Assembly: GCA_036172245.1 (NCBI GenBank)
Contig: JAYWIR010000005.1
Location: 4,464,001 to 4,528,000 of the forward strand
Origin: Raillietiella orientalis
Taxonomy: Eukaryota
Direction of reading: 5' to 3'
Length of the DNA stretch: 64,000 bases
Part shown: in pieces, positions 27,570 through 39,000 of the stretch
Layout: each line of letters begins with the position of its first letter
Numbering within the stretch: the first letter of the stretch is position 1
Program-made: the position numbers and the translations under genes
The notes under the pieces: generated by a model
What the model was told of the DNA's origin: nothing
Seen by the model: the letters and a program-made list of their open reading frames with translations, nothing else
Databases searched by the model: none

Positions 27570-30500
27570 TCCTCACTTTGCTGGGCATTTTTTGAGCGCC
27601 TCATGGTGATCGTGCATTTCCATCCGCGACTGCTTTTCCGCGGAGGATGTCAATAAAGGGGGAGAAGGGAAGCTGCGAGCCAACAAGCAGCGGAGGGAGG
27701 AGATCATCCCCGTGATGTGGTCGTCTTCAGGGAGAGAGAAGGTCTGCGGTTGTCTTGAGCAGCTCACCACGACCGATGGGTACTTCCAGCATGCTCTCGT
27801 GGGTTCCAGATGTTGCAGAGCATCTATTCTTCTCTGAGGCTCTCCGCACGCACTCCGCAGCCCTTCAAGCACTTCGCCGTTCTTGGGTTTCCCAAGGTCC
27901 CGCGCATGCCATGACGAGCACACGCACTGAAGGAAGCGTTCTCCTTGAGGGATAAGCGGAGGGCCGTTCTTCCATGTCCTGAATCCTGAGAACGCTACTG
28001 CGCTGTAGGCAGAGCGGACAACGCCAAAGAGGAAAACTCACCCGCCGTCCGGGAGCACCGAGGCAAGTAAGAGCAAGCAGCGGCTCCCTTCGTTGCCGTC
28101 CCTTGTCCAGGAAGACGTGGAGACCCGTTGCATGGACGGCTGTCTGCTTGGACAAAATCCCTCGGGTCGCATTTCAGATGGAGACATCGTCTCACCAAAA
28201 ATCAAATCGTCGGCAGAGGGGAAAAGGCGGAGGAGGAAAAACGGTGCTGCTGTCCTGCAGACTCCTCGGGGTGAGAGCAAAGAAGATAGTGCTCCTAAAA
28301 GCAGCTGCCGTGAGAAGATATTCAGAGGCTTCAACGCCTCTGCCTAATACCCATCAAAGACATGCTCGAGCCTTCGAATCTTTTGCGCACGTTCCATTAG
28401 GAGGCTTCCCTTCGGCGCCATGCGCTGTGAGCTGGTCGCGGCTCATGGCCGCTGGCTTGAGGAGGCGCTCCCGCCCATCTTCTGTGACGCTCCAGGGAAC
28501 TCGTACAAAAAAAAAAAAAATGCAAAAGTGCAGAGCAGGCCACTGGCTTCTGCGAATTTGCAAAGGATTCTGGATGTGCTGCTGTCGAGAAGCCGGAAGA
28601 CTTGCCGGTGAGGAACACCCCGGGAGAGAAGGGTCAAGGAAAAGAAAAAAGAAATAGCCATCAACAGTTCCCGGACGAGTAGGGGGAGAACTCGTTCGAC
28701 AAGGTCCGTCTTCGCGAGAATCCCCTGAAATGTGAGGAGAAGGGGGGGGGGAGACGCGGCCTGGAGACTTTTCGCAGGGGTAGTACCGCTGCCGTCCTAC
28801 TGGACATCCTTTGGTCAAGGGAGCGCGCTCCGTTCTCCGCCGCTCAACATCTCTTCGGAGTCGGTCCCACCGAGGGACGAAGGGGCGCCCTGGCGTTGCC
28901 GCTCTTTTTGTGCGCAGCGTGCGCTGATGACTTTGTGCTGCTGGAGGAGATGGAAGCTCCGTGGCGCTAGAAGATCTCTGTGTTGCCCGCTGACCTTCTC
29001 CGGGTTTTCGAATTTTCCTCTCAGGAGAAAAGAAGAAAAAGAGGAAAGAAAAAAAAGTGACTCTTCGTTCCTTCAATCATATCACATCCCGCCCGCGGTC
29101 CTTCCCGTCCAGTGGCCCTGTGACCCCTGCGTTCAGCCTGGTGGACCCAGTGGATGTTTCCAAAGGTTGCACCCGCAGCTGCGGTCAGGATCGATGCCGC
29201 TGCGTCCTCTGACACACCCTCTTTGAACTCTGTCGCTTTCGGGAGCGCTTCGCCCTCGCGTGCAAAGGCTGGTAGAGGACCCTGGTCTTCTACCCGTCAG
29301 CCTGCGTCCGCCTGAGGGGAACGGGCCAGCCAGGGTGAATGAGACGGCACCGCTCCCCGGAGAGCCGGATTCTACAGCGCGTGAGCGGACGAGAGCTGGA
29401 GAGCTTCCCACCCACTTCTTCGGAACGGTCTGGAAGTGGAGGACGGACGGGGCAGGAAAAAGTTCTCCCCCTCCCCTGGCCCAGGAGACGAGCCCCGGAA
29501 AGCATGACGGCGGGGGGAATCCGACGCTGCCGCCATTTCCCCTCGTCAGGGGGAACCGGTGGAAAGCAAGGAGAACGGGCACCTAGCGAGAGGGGGGGAG
29601 CAGCCGTCTTTGTCCCCAGGGAGCGGCTGGCTCTTGCGTCGTGACCTCTGTGGAGCGGAGCTTCACGTGCGAATCACACGGTCGAAAGGTCTCACGCGCG
29701 CGCCCCGGACTTTTCCCGTGGGCGGACCGCCGACGTCAGCGCAGAGGAGGCGATGCCGCTCGCCTCGAAAGGCGCCACAATATGCCCTGCCGCCGCCATC
29801 GATACCCGCAGGGGATCCTACGGGAACGTACGGCCGCCCGTGGAGGTTCCTCCGTCTCTCACGGGAGGGAGAGGGGGTAGGGTGGGGGAGGAATCCTACC
29901 GATCCCGGACCGCTCGCGACGCTCGCGAGGGTTTCTGGTCTGCGCCGCCAGCAGAAAAGTGGCAATGTCTCCGACGCTACGGGAGGCAGGGGCGCGGCGA
30001 TTCCCGATGGATCCTTTTGGAGTCGAGGCGTCTGTCGGGGGAGAGGGGGAAGAGCCACATGCAGCTCCTCCCGCGTGTGAGCATTTTTCGGGAGGAGGAG
30101 CCGGCTGCGTCCCGCCGCTGCCACGGGGAATGGGGGGACGGTTTTCCGTCTCCGATGCGACCCACGGCCCGCTCTGGACCAGTATCCTGAGCGGATCTCG
30201 GCCACGACCCCAAGAGGAGCACCGTGCGCGTGGGAGGAAAAGGAAGGGAAAGCACCAGAGCCGAGGCAGTCGCCATGGTGCGCGTCCTTTCCCGGCGACG
30301 TCTCGTCTTCCTCCTCCCCGAAACGGCCACCGTCTCCGCGCCCGCGAAGCTCTCAGCGCCGCCCTTCCCAGCTCGGAAGGGTCGTTGGCAGTCTGACCTC
30401 TTCGACCCGCGACGTCGCGCGGGCCGCGCCCGTCTCCTTCAGAGCGGCGACTCGCTGCGGTCCGACCCGGGAACGCTGCGGAGAGACCGCCCTCCCCGTT

Positions 30501-33500
30501 GGGTGCGTCAGCAGCCTCCCGGGCTGATGAGCAGGGATGAGAGAGTTGCCTCTTGGAGACACGGATCCACGGATAAGAGCTGCGGAGCAGCAGTATGTCG
30601 GCGACAACGGCCCGGGGTTCGGTGGTTCCCTGGCCGCCGCAGCCTATGGACCGGGGAAGGGGGAGTGTCTCCCGGGATCTTCCGGGGCACTTTCCTGTTC
30701 CTTGCCTGCCGCAGTGGGGAGGTGCAGAAGGGGTGTCTCCCGGAGGTTGCCCATGAGCGCGGTTTCCGACGAGTCCCTCAGGAGATCACTGGGTCCTTGG
30801 TTACCGGCACCCAGTGATCTCCTGAGGGACTCTTGAGTCGAAGCTCCACAAACGGCTTCTGACGGGATCCTTGCCATGCTCTCTAGCCCCTCTTGCCCAC
30901 TCGCAAGGAGGGGCAGCTGCGCACCACCGAGAGGGAGAGGCCCTTTCGTCCACTTCCGTCCCTTTCTGCGAAGTCCATCCTTCCCCGGCCATCCCCTCTG
31001 CCTTCCCTTTCCCTGGAAAGAGAGTGAAGGTCGCCGCAAGGAGCGAGGAGGCCCCGAGGGAAGCCGGTTCCCGGGAGGGGAGGACTCTCTCCCCGCTTTT
31101 CCAGGAGCGGGCTCGTAGGGTCCTCCAAGACGAAACGAAGGAGACCCATGGAACGTTGTAGGAAGCCTCACGGAGCATCCATCTCCCAGGGCCTTTCCCC
31201 TCTCCCTTTCTCCGGAAGGAGAGAAAGTGGTGAACCACGTGGATGCCTCTCCCTGTTTCTCCCCTGTTCCTCCCTTCCCTCCGCGAGCGCGCCCCAGCTC
31301 GGCAGCGTCTTCTCTCGCTCCACTGATTTTCCGCCCTCCTACAAGAGGGGAGGGGAGGGAAGGAACCGCATCGGCAGGAGCACACCCCGCAGCCAGGGCC
31401 GCTCGCCAAATCGCGCGCGCCCGGGGGCAGGCGGTCATGCTGACCGCCTGCCGCTTGGCGTCTCCCGAACGCGCTCCAGAAAGGGCGGGGCTCGGGTCGG
31501 TGCGTCACGACGCCGCGTCGCGGTGTGACTGTGCCGGGGCTGAGGACGCACTCAAGCGGGGAGCTTGGGATGGGGAGGGTCCGGGAGAGGACACGGGTGC
31601 CGCAGCAGAGCACTGCTTTTTTCTGGGCTCCCAGGAGGGCGTGGCCCCCTGCGGCGGCGAGTCCGTCCTCCACTGACGCTCCTTGCCCAGGGCTGGGAGG
31701 AGCCGCAGGGGAGAAGGGTGGAAGGGGAAGGGAAGCGAAGCGCTTCGAGGCATCCGACCCACTGGCGGGGGAATGACGCCAGGAGGCGGAGGGTCAGCTC
31801 CTCGCTCCTAGGGAAGGAGGGGTGGCGAGAGAAACCGGCGGCTCACGGTCCGACGAGGCTGCCGAAGGGTGGTGGTCCTTCCTGCAGGGCCACCCACCCT
31901 ATCGACTCGTGCGCGTCAGCACGATGGGGTGGGTGGGGTGAGGAGGGAAGAATAATACCAATGCTCCAGTAGGGTTTCGGATCCCCCAATCTCGGGCAGA
32001 ACCTGCCCCACGGGAGAGCGAGTGACTGGCAGGAGAGTCTGGGAGAGAGGAACCCCCGAGTTCCTGCACTTCACTCTCCACGTCCAGTGGCTCGGTGATG
32101 TCCTGTGCCCTTCGGAAGAGCGCTGGGTCTTTGACGTCCTCGGGGCTTTCCTGGTTCGTTCCGACTCCAGTGGAGAAAGGTACTGGCGCGTCGCTCTCGA
32201 CATGGAAGTGGCAGGATACCCGACCTCCAGCCCGTAGAGAGTCAGGGAACGATTGCATCTTCCTCCCCCCTCCCTTCCCTCCTCATCTTTCCGTGACGTC
32301 AGGAGAGCTCTCCGAGTCGCGGACCCGGTCCTGAAGTATGGTTTTCCTGCTCTGACGTGCCGCGGGTTTTTTCTTCCTCCTCCCAGGGTCCGAGCGCTCA
32401 GCGGGATCGCCGCTGGGTGTCCTTGGACGCCTGCCTGCCTTCCGGGCGAGATCAGGAGGTCATGCCTCCCCCTCCCCTATTTCGTGCGGCGAGACTCGCG
32501 GGGGCGGCGCCGCCGCTCACGAAAGGGAGAGACGGGAGGGAAAGCGGGTGCGAGGAAGGGGAAGAGCGCGAGCGTCGCGCTCCCTCCGGCGGTGCCCCGG
32601 AGCTTCCCCGAGGTCAGATCTGCAGCCGCCGGTCCCTGCCGTCTTCGGTCTAGTCTCAGACGCACGGACGAGCACAACAGACTGCGATGCGACCTCCTCT
32701 CCTCCTCTTCCCTTCCTCTTGCACAAGTGAGGTCACCCTCGTTACCTCCGACCGGAGACAGATTAGCCAGCCGGCAGTCCTGGGATCTGGAGAAAAAGGG
32801 AGAGTCACTCGCAGCGTCAGTAAGCGACCACGGGAGGGAGGGAGACCCTGCTCCAGTCCGGGGCCGAAAGGGAGGAAGGTGCACTGACTCTCGCGCCAGC
32901 GCTTCCCCACGCCTCCTGCAGCAGGGGACAAAGGGAGGAAAGGAGGGGAGACCAGGGAAGGACAAGAGAGAGCCCCTGGTGGGGAAAGTCCGCCAGATGG
33001 ACCCGACGTCCTCGGCGGCTGATCGAGCTGCCGTGAGCTTCCTCTCCCCCCTCTTGCGCGCCCTCCTTTCTTCGACCCCGGGCAATTCCTGGAGGGGGCC
33101 GATGCGCACGTCCTGCGGGGTCTCTCCCGACACCATGACCCCCACCTCCAGACGGAAAAGCGCCGTCGAATCGAGGAAATGTGAGTGGAATGGGGGATAG
33201 GTGAGGCAAGAGCGGAGGAGGCAACGGGTCAGCGAAGTCTGCGGGGCGTAGAGGGCAACTTCCTGGACTGCAGGGGCCTCATCTCACCGGCTCCCAGATT
33301 CCTCAACGTCCCAGCGGGCGTGGTAGCCAGCCACTGAAGACGAGAAGTCTCGGCGTGACTCACGAAAGACCCGCGGAGCAGGTCGGAATGAGGCGAGCTC
33401 CTCTCCAGGAAACGAGGATCTCCCGAATCCGTGGGGATCTCTGAGCGGGGGAACCTACCTTTTCGTCGGAGTCCCATCTCGCTTTCCTTCGATGCGGGAT

Positions 33501-34100
33501 CTACTCTGTGAGGGGAGCCTAGAGGGCGAGTCTCCTCTTCCCGTTCGTGAGGCGGTGATCGTATCCTGGCTCCTGGACGTAGGCCATCACGTGTGCGGGG
33601 GCGCTCGTTGGTGCGGACGCTACCTGAGCGTGGAGAGCGCCCTTTGCGAAGGGGTGGCCGGTTCGGTCCTCCACCGCTCCAGAGGTCCGGAAGGGCAGAT
33701 TCCGTTCACTCATTGGTTTCCCGTTGGTTCTCTTCTGGCGCTGTCGGAGACCTGTCGTCTTCGGTAGGGAAGGGACGGATGCGCGCGTGTCCTTGCCTCT
33801 CGTTGCCGTCATGGATCTCCGTGGATGTTGGGGTCACGTCGAAAGTCGGACTGGGACGAGAGCTGCTTTTAGCAGTGCAGCTCTCCCGCTGCTTCCGGGA
33901 GGGTACCTGGCGCTTCAGGTGGTCACTCGAAGCTCCTCGCCCCTCCCTCCGCGGTCACAGCACAGCATGTCTTTTCCGAAAGGAGCGCTGGATGTGGGAC
34001 CTTCTAGGGATTCGATCCAGGTCCCTCCCGCTTCCCGCTGTCCTCCAACGAATGCTTGGCCCCCAACTCGCGTTTAGATCCCGGAGCAGGCAGGAACCCG
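27570..34100 (+). pseudogene. Degenerate LRR ectodomain fragments upstream of the BRI1-like kinase remnant
   Basis: LLGQNPSGRIS (ORF 28093-28347), LGGFPSAPC (ORF 28103-28657), QLRSGSMP (ORF 28732-29226) and AGELPTHFF (ORF 29260-29586). ORF 33492-33767 has SLEGESP, LLDVGHH, YLSVESALCEG and PEGQIP. Not periodic, and the boundaries are approximate. Confidence 0.35.
30771..30832. repeat. Perfect 24-bp inverted repeat (hairpin) with a 14-nt loop
   Basis: gagtccctcaggagatcactgggt (30771-30794) is the exact reverse complement of acccagtgatctcctgagggactc (30809-30832). Confidence 0.97.
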
Positions 34101-34329
34101 AGTCTCCTTCGAAACCAACCAGATGAGGAGACAACTCCTTCCTTTGCTTCCCTATGGCTTCATCCTGCGTCCTGAACAATCTTGGGTCGAGTGCTACGCG
34201 CGAAGAGCTGATCCGGCGAGCCCTTCAGCAGCAGCCGTAGAGCGTCCTTCAGTGCTGTCATCCCAAGACGCAGTCAAGGAAAACAAAGACAGAGAAGGAA
34301 CATCTCTCAAAAAGGAAAGAAAGGCATCA

Positions 34330-35075
34330 TTCTTCTATCATCTGACATTTCCTCATCTTTTGGAGGCAGATGCGTTTGAGAAGATGAACAGCAACGACTC
34401 GCTGCTGCCAGGATTCCGGACGGACCACGAATCTTCCCCGTTCGGAAGGTGGGGCGAAGCTTCGTCCCAAGATTCTCATTCCCGCCAGGGAAGCTGGGAT
34501 GATGCCCGTTACATGGAAGCGTCCTTTGATCTCCAGGGTTCAGTTGGCGTTTGCCGAACACGTGGGGCTAGGCGTGCTTTAGGGTGCGGGGAAAAGGGTT
34601 AAGGCAATTGGATACTCCCCCTCGCGTGAGGAGGGATGTGGGTTTCGAACGAAATCTCACCATTCGCGTCAAAGGTGCGTCTCCCTCAACTGCTTCTGCC
34701 ACTGACCACGCCCAGTTTCACTTCCTCATGCTCTTTCAGATACAAATAACGTAACAACAACAACAACAGCAGCAGCAACAACACAGCGCCGAGTAGCAGT
34801 TCTCACTCCAGATGGCATTTAACTAGGTGGATAATTGTTAGGGAGTTGGGCAATGATTATGCTGAAATCCTCCTGATGTTATCCTTGGACGTCATTCGGG
34901 AAGAACCATCTTGATTTTTTTCGAACCGATGTCGTCTCCGCAGCGGTCGAATTACTCATAATCCATCTGGGAGCATGCGTTTACACGCTGAGCAGCAGCC
35001 AGAAAATGGGATCCGAGGCAAGCGTTCGCAATCTGCTACCTGGAAATCTGAGGTTCATCTTTCTCAGGATTCATG
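34330..35075 (+). pseudogene. Degenerate BRI1/BRL-like (LRR-RLK subgroup X) kinase-domain remnant
   Basis: LTFPHLLEA (34342-34368) followed by NDSLL resembles the BRI1/BRL juxtamembrane LTF(A)(D/H)LLEATNGF.NDSLIG. Then, in order: SRQG...YME (cf. SGQGDREF.AEME), GVCRTRGARRAL (cf. GYCK.GEERLL), LKSS(frameshift)DVIL at 34862 (cf. MKSSNVLL), ITH at 34951, PENG, and TWKSEV near 35040 (cf. TxKxDV). Stops and frameshifts are present. Confidence 0.5.
34753..34783. repeat. Mixed (CAA)/(CAG) trinucleotide repeat
   Basis: aacaacaacaacaacagcagcagcaacaaca read directly. Confidence 0.9.
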
Positions 35076-36039
35076 ACATCTTGTTCTTGATGTGTTTACA
35101 TGTTGCTGTTTTGAGTTCATGCAAATGATGTAGGGAATCTTTCATCGTATCCCCAACTAATCTGTGCTCTTCATCTTCACATATTTGACCAACGGAGTCT
35201 CCTCCTCTTCGTCCACGTCGTATTTCACTTGATCTTTTTTGTCTCTCTCATTCACCATGGGCGATGGCCCACTCGATGCTTCCAGAGTTTGCTCTGGGGG
35301 TCTTGGGTGTTCGAGAGCATCACATTTTTCTTGTGATGTGCCCCGCCCGCCACCTAGGGGTCTTCAGCTCTTTCATTACGTCGACGTTCGCTGGTTCCAC
35401 GAATCCAGGATCTTGGGCGACCACCCACACTCTTATGGAGGAAAGGGGAATCCCACCCGCCACATTCGTCCTCCTTCTGCTGTCTTCACTCTTCAGGAGC
35501 GACCACTGAGCTTCGTTTGATCGGCGTGCGGGACCCTTCCTTCGTCCCGGAGCATCGGCTTGGAGTCGGCAACAGGGATAGGACGGCTCTCAATGCGTGT
35601 GGTTGGTGCTCCTGATCCGGGCCACCAGTTCATCTTCAATCAGACGTCGAACTGCTGCTGCGATGACGGTGTACGTGTTTGAGGGACTCTTCCCGCACGA
35701 CGCAACCACCTGCACTTGCTGACCACGCCGCTCCTCGTTGGTGTAGCTCGCACAGGCAGGATATTGAGGTGCGCAGTGTGCTGGAATCTGCAATCCACAA
35801 ATCTCAATTGTGGCACATTAAGCAGAAAAAGACCCAAGAGACTATGATCTAGTAATCTCATTGTTCTTGCATCCGACCAACCAGTCTTCGATTTAGAAAG
35901 CAGATGCCATTCAGTTGTCTGATTAGACTGAGGCATTCAGCATGACTCCCTTTCCAAGAGTTCCTTTTCCAAAGCTGATCTCAGATCACACCTTATTCTC
36001 CTGTAAAGAGCAAACAAAGAACCACCACTGATGCAAAGA

Positions 36040-39000
36040 AAGCTTCAGAACTCCTCGGGGATCAAGGCTTCACTTCCCCTTAGTTCGAGAAAACCTTCGC
36101 TAACTCCCTATTTAGCGCATCCAAGTGCATTTGCTTCGTCCTCTGCACTGTCTTTTGTCCTACTGGCTTAAACGACATCCCACTGGCTGCTTGCATGTGT
36201 GTGCGTGCGTGGGTGTGTGTCCTTAGTACATTAATTAGGAACCCGCTCCAGCATATCCTGTGAGAAGAGCGCACGTCTCCCTGACAGTTTTCCTTTGTGG
36301 GCTGAAATAGCAGACTCCTGCGTGCTGCACCTCTAAATCTCTTCTTACCACTCTGCCTCACTTTCCTTTTCACCAGGGAGATCGTCGGACGCACAACTCT
36401 CCTTCTGAGTTATTGTTTTTTTTTTTTTCGCCACTTACCAGAGTTGGGTGAGGATCCAACCGACGATGCAGCGGACCTCCCCTGCAAGCGAGGTCTTGCT
36501 GACTTTTCCACAGGCCGTGTTGATACGAATTATTTCCGGGAACCACAAAGGATCCCTTTGTTACATAGACTGAAATACGGAGGTGCGGACCTGCTAAGCC
36601 AGCGGTCCTGAAGCAATTTGGGAACGACGGCTTTTATTCGCCCACGGAGGGCAAAACACCCAAAAGTTGATGTTTTCTCAGATACCATCAACCATAGACT
36701 CGCGCTTCCATCTTGGAAAACATCATAATTCCTTCTTGGCTGACGGTCGGTGGACTGCGACCGAAGACGGAAACGAAATCGCTACGTTATCTCGGAATCT
36801 GGTCATCCTGAAGGTCTTCGCCGTCGCAATCAATGCCTCCTAGAAGAATTCCGCTTCGCCGCGGGTCCGAGCCGGCTAATTTGATAACTGGTCTCTCCGG
36901 GAAACTTTCCTGGATTTCGGTGCCGCTTCAACATTCATGGCGCAGACGCTCGGACCACAATGCCGGAAAGAACATAAATCAGGGGATGCTGTCTCTCGGC
37001 ACGCTCGCCTCCGTGTGGCTCCGAAACGTAAAACGGAGATGAATATTTTTTTTTTCCACGGGAACCGTTTTATCCGTAGGCGGGAAATCGCGGATGCCCG
37101 GAAACTTTGGCATCGGGGGAAAGCGAGCAGAGGGCGAGGAGGGTTTGTCCAGTATCCACAATCTTCGGACGCGCTTGTCCGCTCACTTCGGCAAGATACG
37201 CGTCGATGAATAGTCCTTCATGGAGCTGCAGCAGAGGTCCCAAGACAGGCCTCTGGAGCAAGTCGCTCGCGAGCCGAACTTTCATCTTGAGCGCTGGCTC
37301 GAGTTGCTTGCGGCCCATGGCTGATCGTTCGCATTCCTTCTCTGGTGTCGTGGAAGAGGCCTTCCTCGTTGCGTAGAACCCTTGAGAGAGGACGAGGAAA
37401 AAAAAAAGAAAAACAGTCTTGCATCTTTGATCCAGCTGCTGAATCTTTTGCTCCGTCCTTTGCCAAACGCGCGCGCGAATCGGTTTGATAGGGGAAGACG
37501 CTACTGCGTAGGATCGACGCCCGCACTCTGTCGCTCTAATTAAGGCGAACGCTGACTTCGGACACGGCTCCGGCGCTTCTCTGCTCTCTCTGTTCCGTTT
37601 CCGCCGCTTTATCTGTGACACCGCGGAGAATGCGCTGGAGCTGGAAGCGAGTTTCCGCGGGACAAGCACAGATCCTACCGATAAGGTGAATTAAGGGAAT
37701 GGGATACCATTGATCTTGAGGAATGGACGCACAAGAAAACCATTTCGCATTCTTTGACTTGAATCAAGAATTTTTTGTTTATCCAGCTTTATTTATTCCT
37801 TATGATGTCCTTCGACGAGCAGATTTCGTCCTCACAGAGTCTGTTTCTCATCTTGAAAGCAGATGACTGTCTGAGGAACAACTTACTTTCTAGGGAATGG
37901 AACGGCTATCGGTGCGATCTCTTTCTTCACGCTTTCTCACCATCCTGCAGCTGTTCGCACTCTTTGGGGATGTCACGGAAAGGAGAGTCTTCACGGAAAT
38001 GTGCCACCGTTCAAGGTGCCCTGCAGATCTCTCTGCTTTGCCGATGGCTTTCTAAATGCTCCGAGTTCACTCAGAAAGAGAAGGCGGAGAGCAGTAAAGC
38101 CCTTGGTGGCACCGATCACGCTGCACTTTCCATAGGAAAACTTCGAGGTTTGATTTCATCTGCGAGTTGAGCCTTCCGATTGCTTCCCCTCTCCCTACCC
38201 ATCCAGTGACCACGCCCTTTTGAGGACTCGCTGCGAGAGCAGCAAGATGGCCATGAAGGATTTTCACTTCTGAGGGCGTTCGGCCTTTCGGTACAGCCAA
38301 CGTTTTGGACACCAGAATTTCCATGTGTGCTCCCCTAAGTGAACGCGTGTGAACTGGAGTTGGCACTCTGTGCGTTTTGCCACTTGTGCAAATCTTCCCG
38401 CAGGCGCCTGGGTCTTCGCTTATCAGGGCGTGGCGTATGGCTGCGTTCGCACGCGAAGAAAGCAATGAAATGGACTCCTTGGAACCTCTCTGGTTATGAA
38501 ACAACCCCATTTCAAAGCAATGTATCTTCCTCATGACGAGTGGACTGATTCTTTGCACCAGTCGCCTCAGTTTGCTACCTATGCTGCAAGGATACGTCTC
38601 AATGCTTCCCGAAGTTTCAGCGCGGTCTCCCCATCATTTGCTAAAGCTTGGATCCTGGACGGCATTTTCACATTCTCTTAGATTCCGCACGACGCTGTCT
38701 TCAGGCACAAGACGATTCCTTTTCCATGTGTCCATTCCATAGATGTGGGTGATGGGTGATGCACAGCTCAGTGAGCACGAAAGGCAGGTACGTATGAAGA
38801 AGTGCGCACCCAACCGTGCCGAAAAATTAATAAGAAGAGCAATTTGCGCACCTCGCTTTGAAGAAGGCAAGAAAGTGGCACGTATGGTGCGTTGATTAAG
38901 GCGACGGCTTAGCCAATCGTATCGCGCGAAAATCCACCTTTGGCACATTTCGTGCCGGAGATTTTCTGCTCAAGAGTCGACTCCTCTACCTCTCTAGGAG

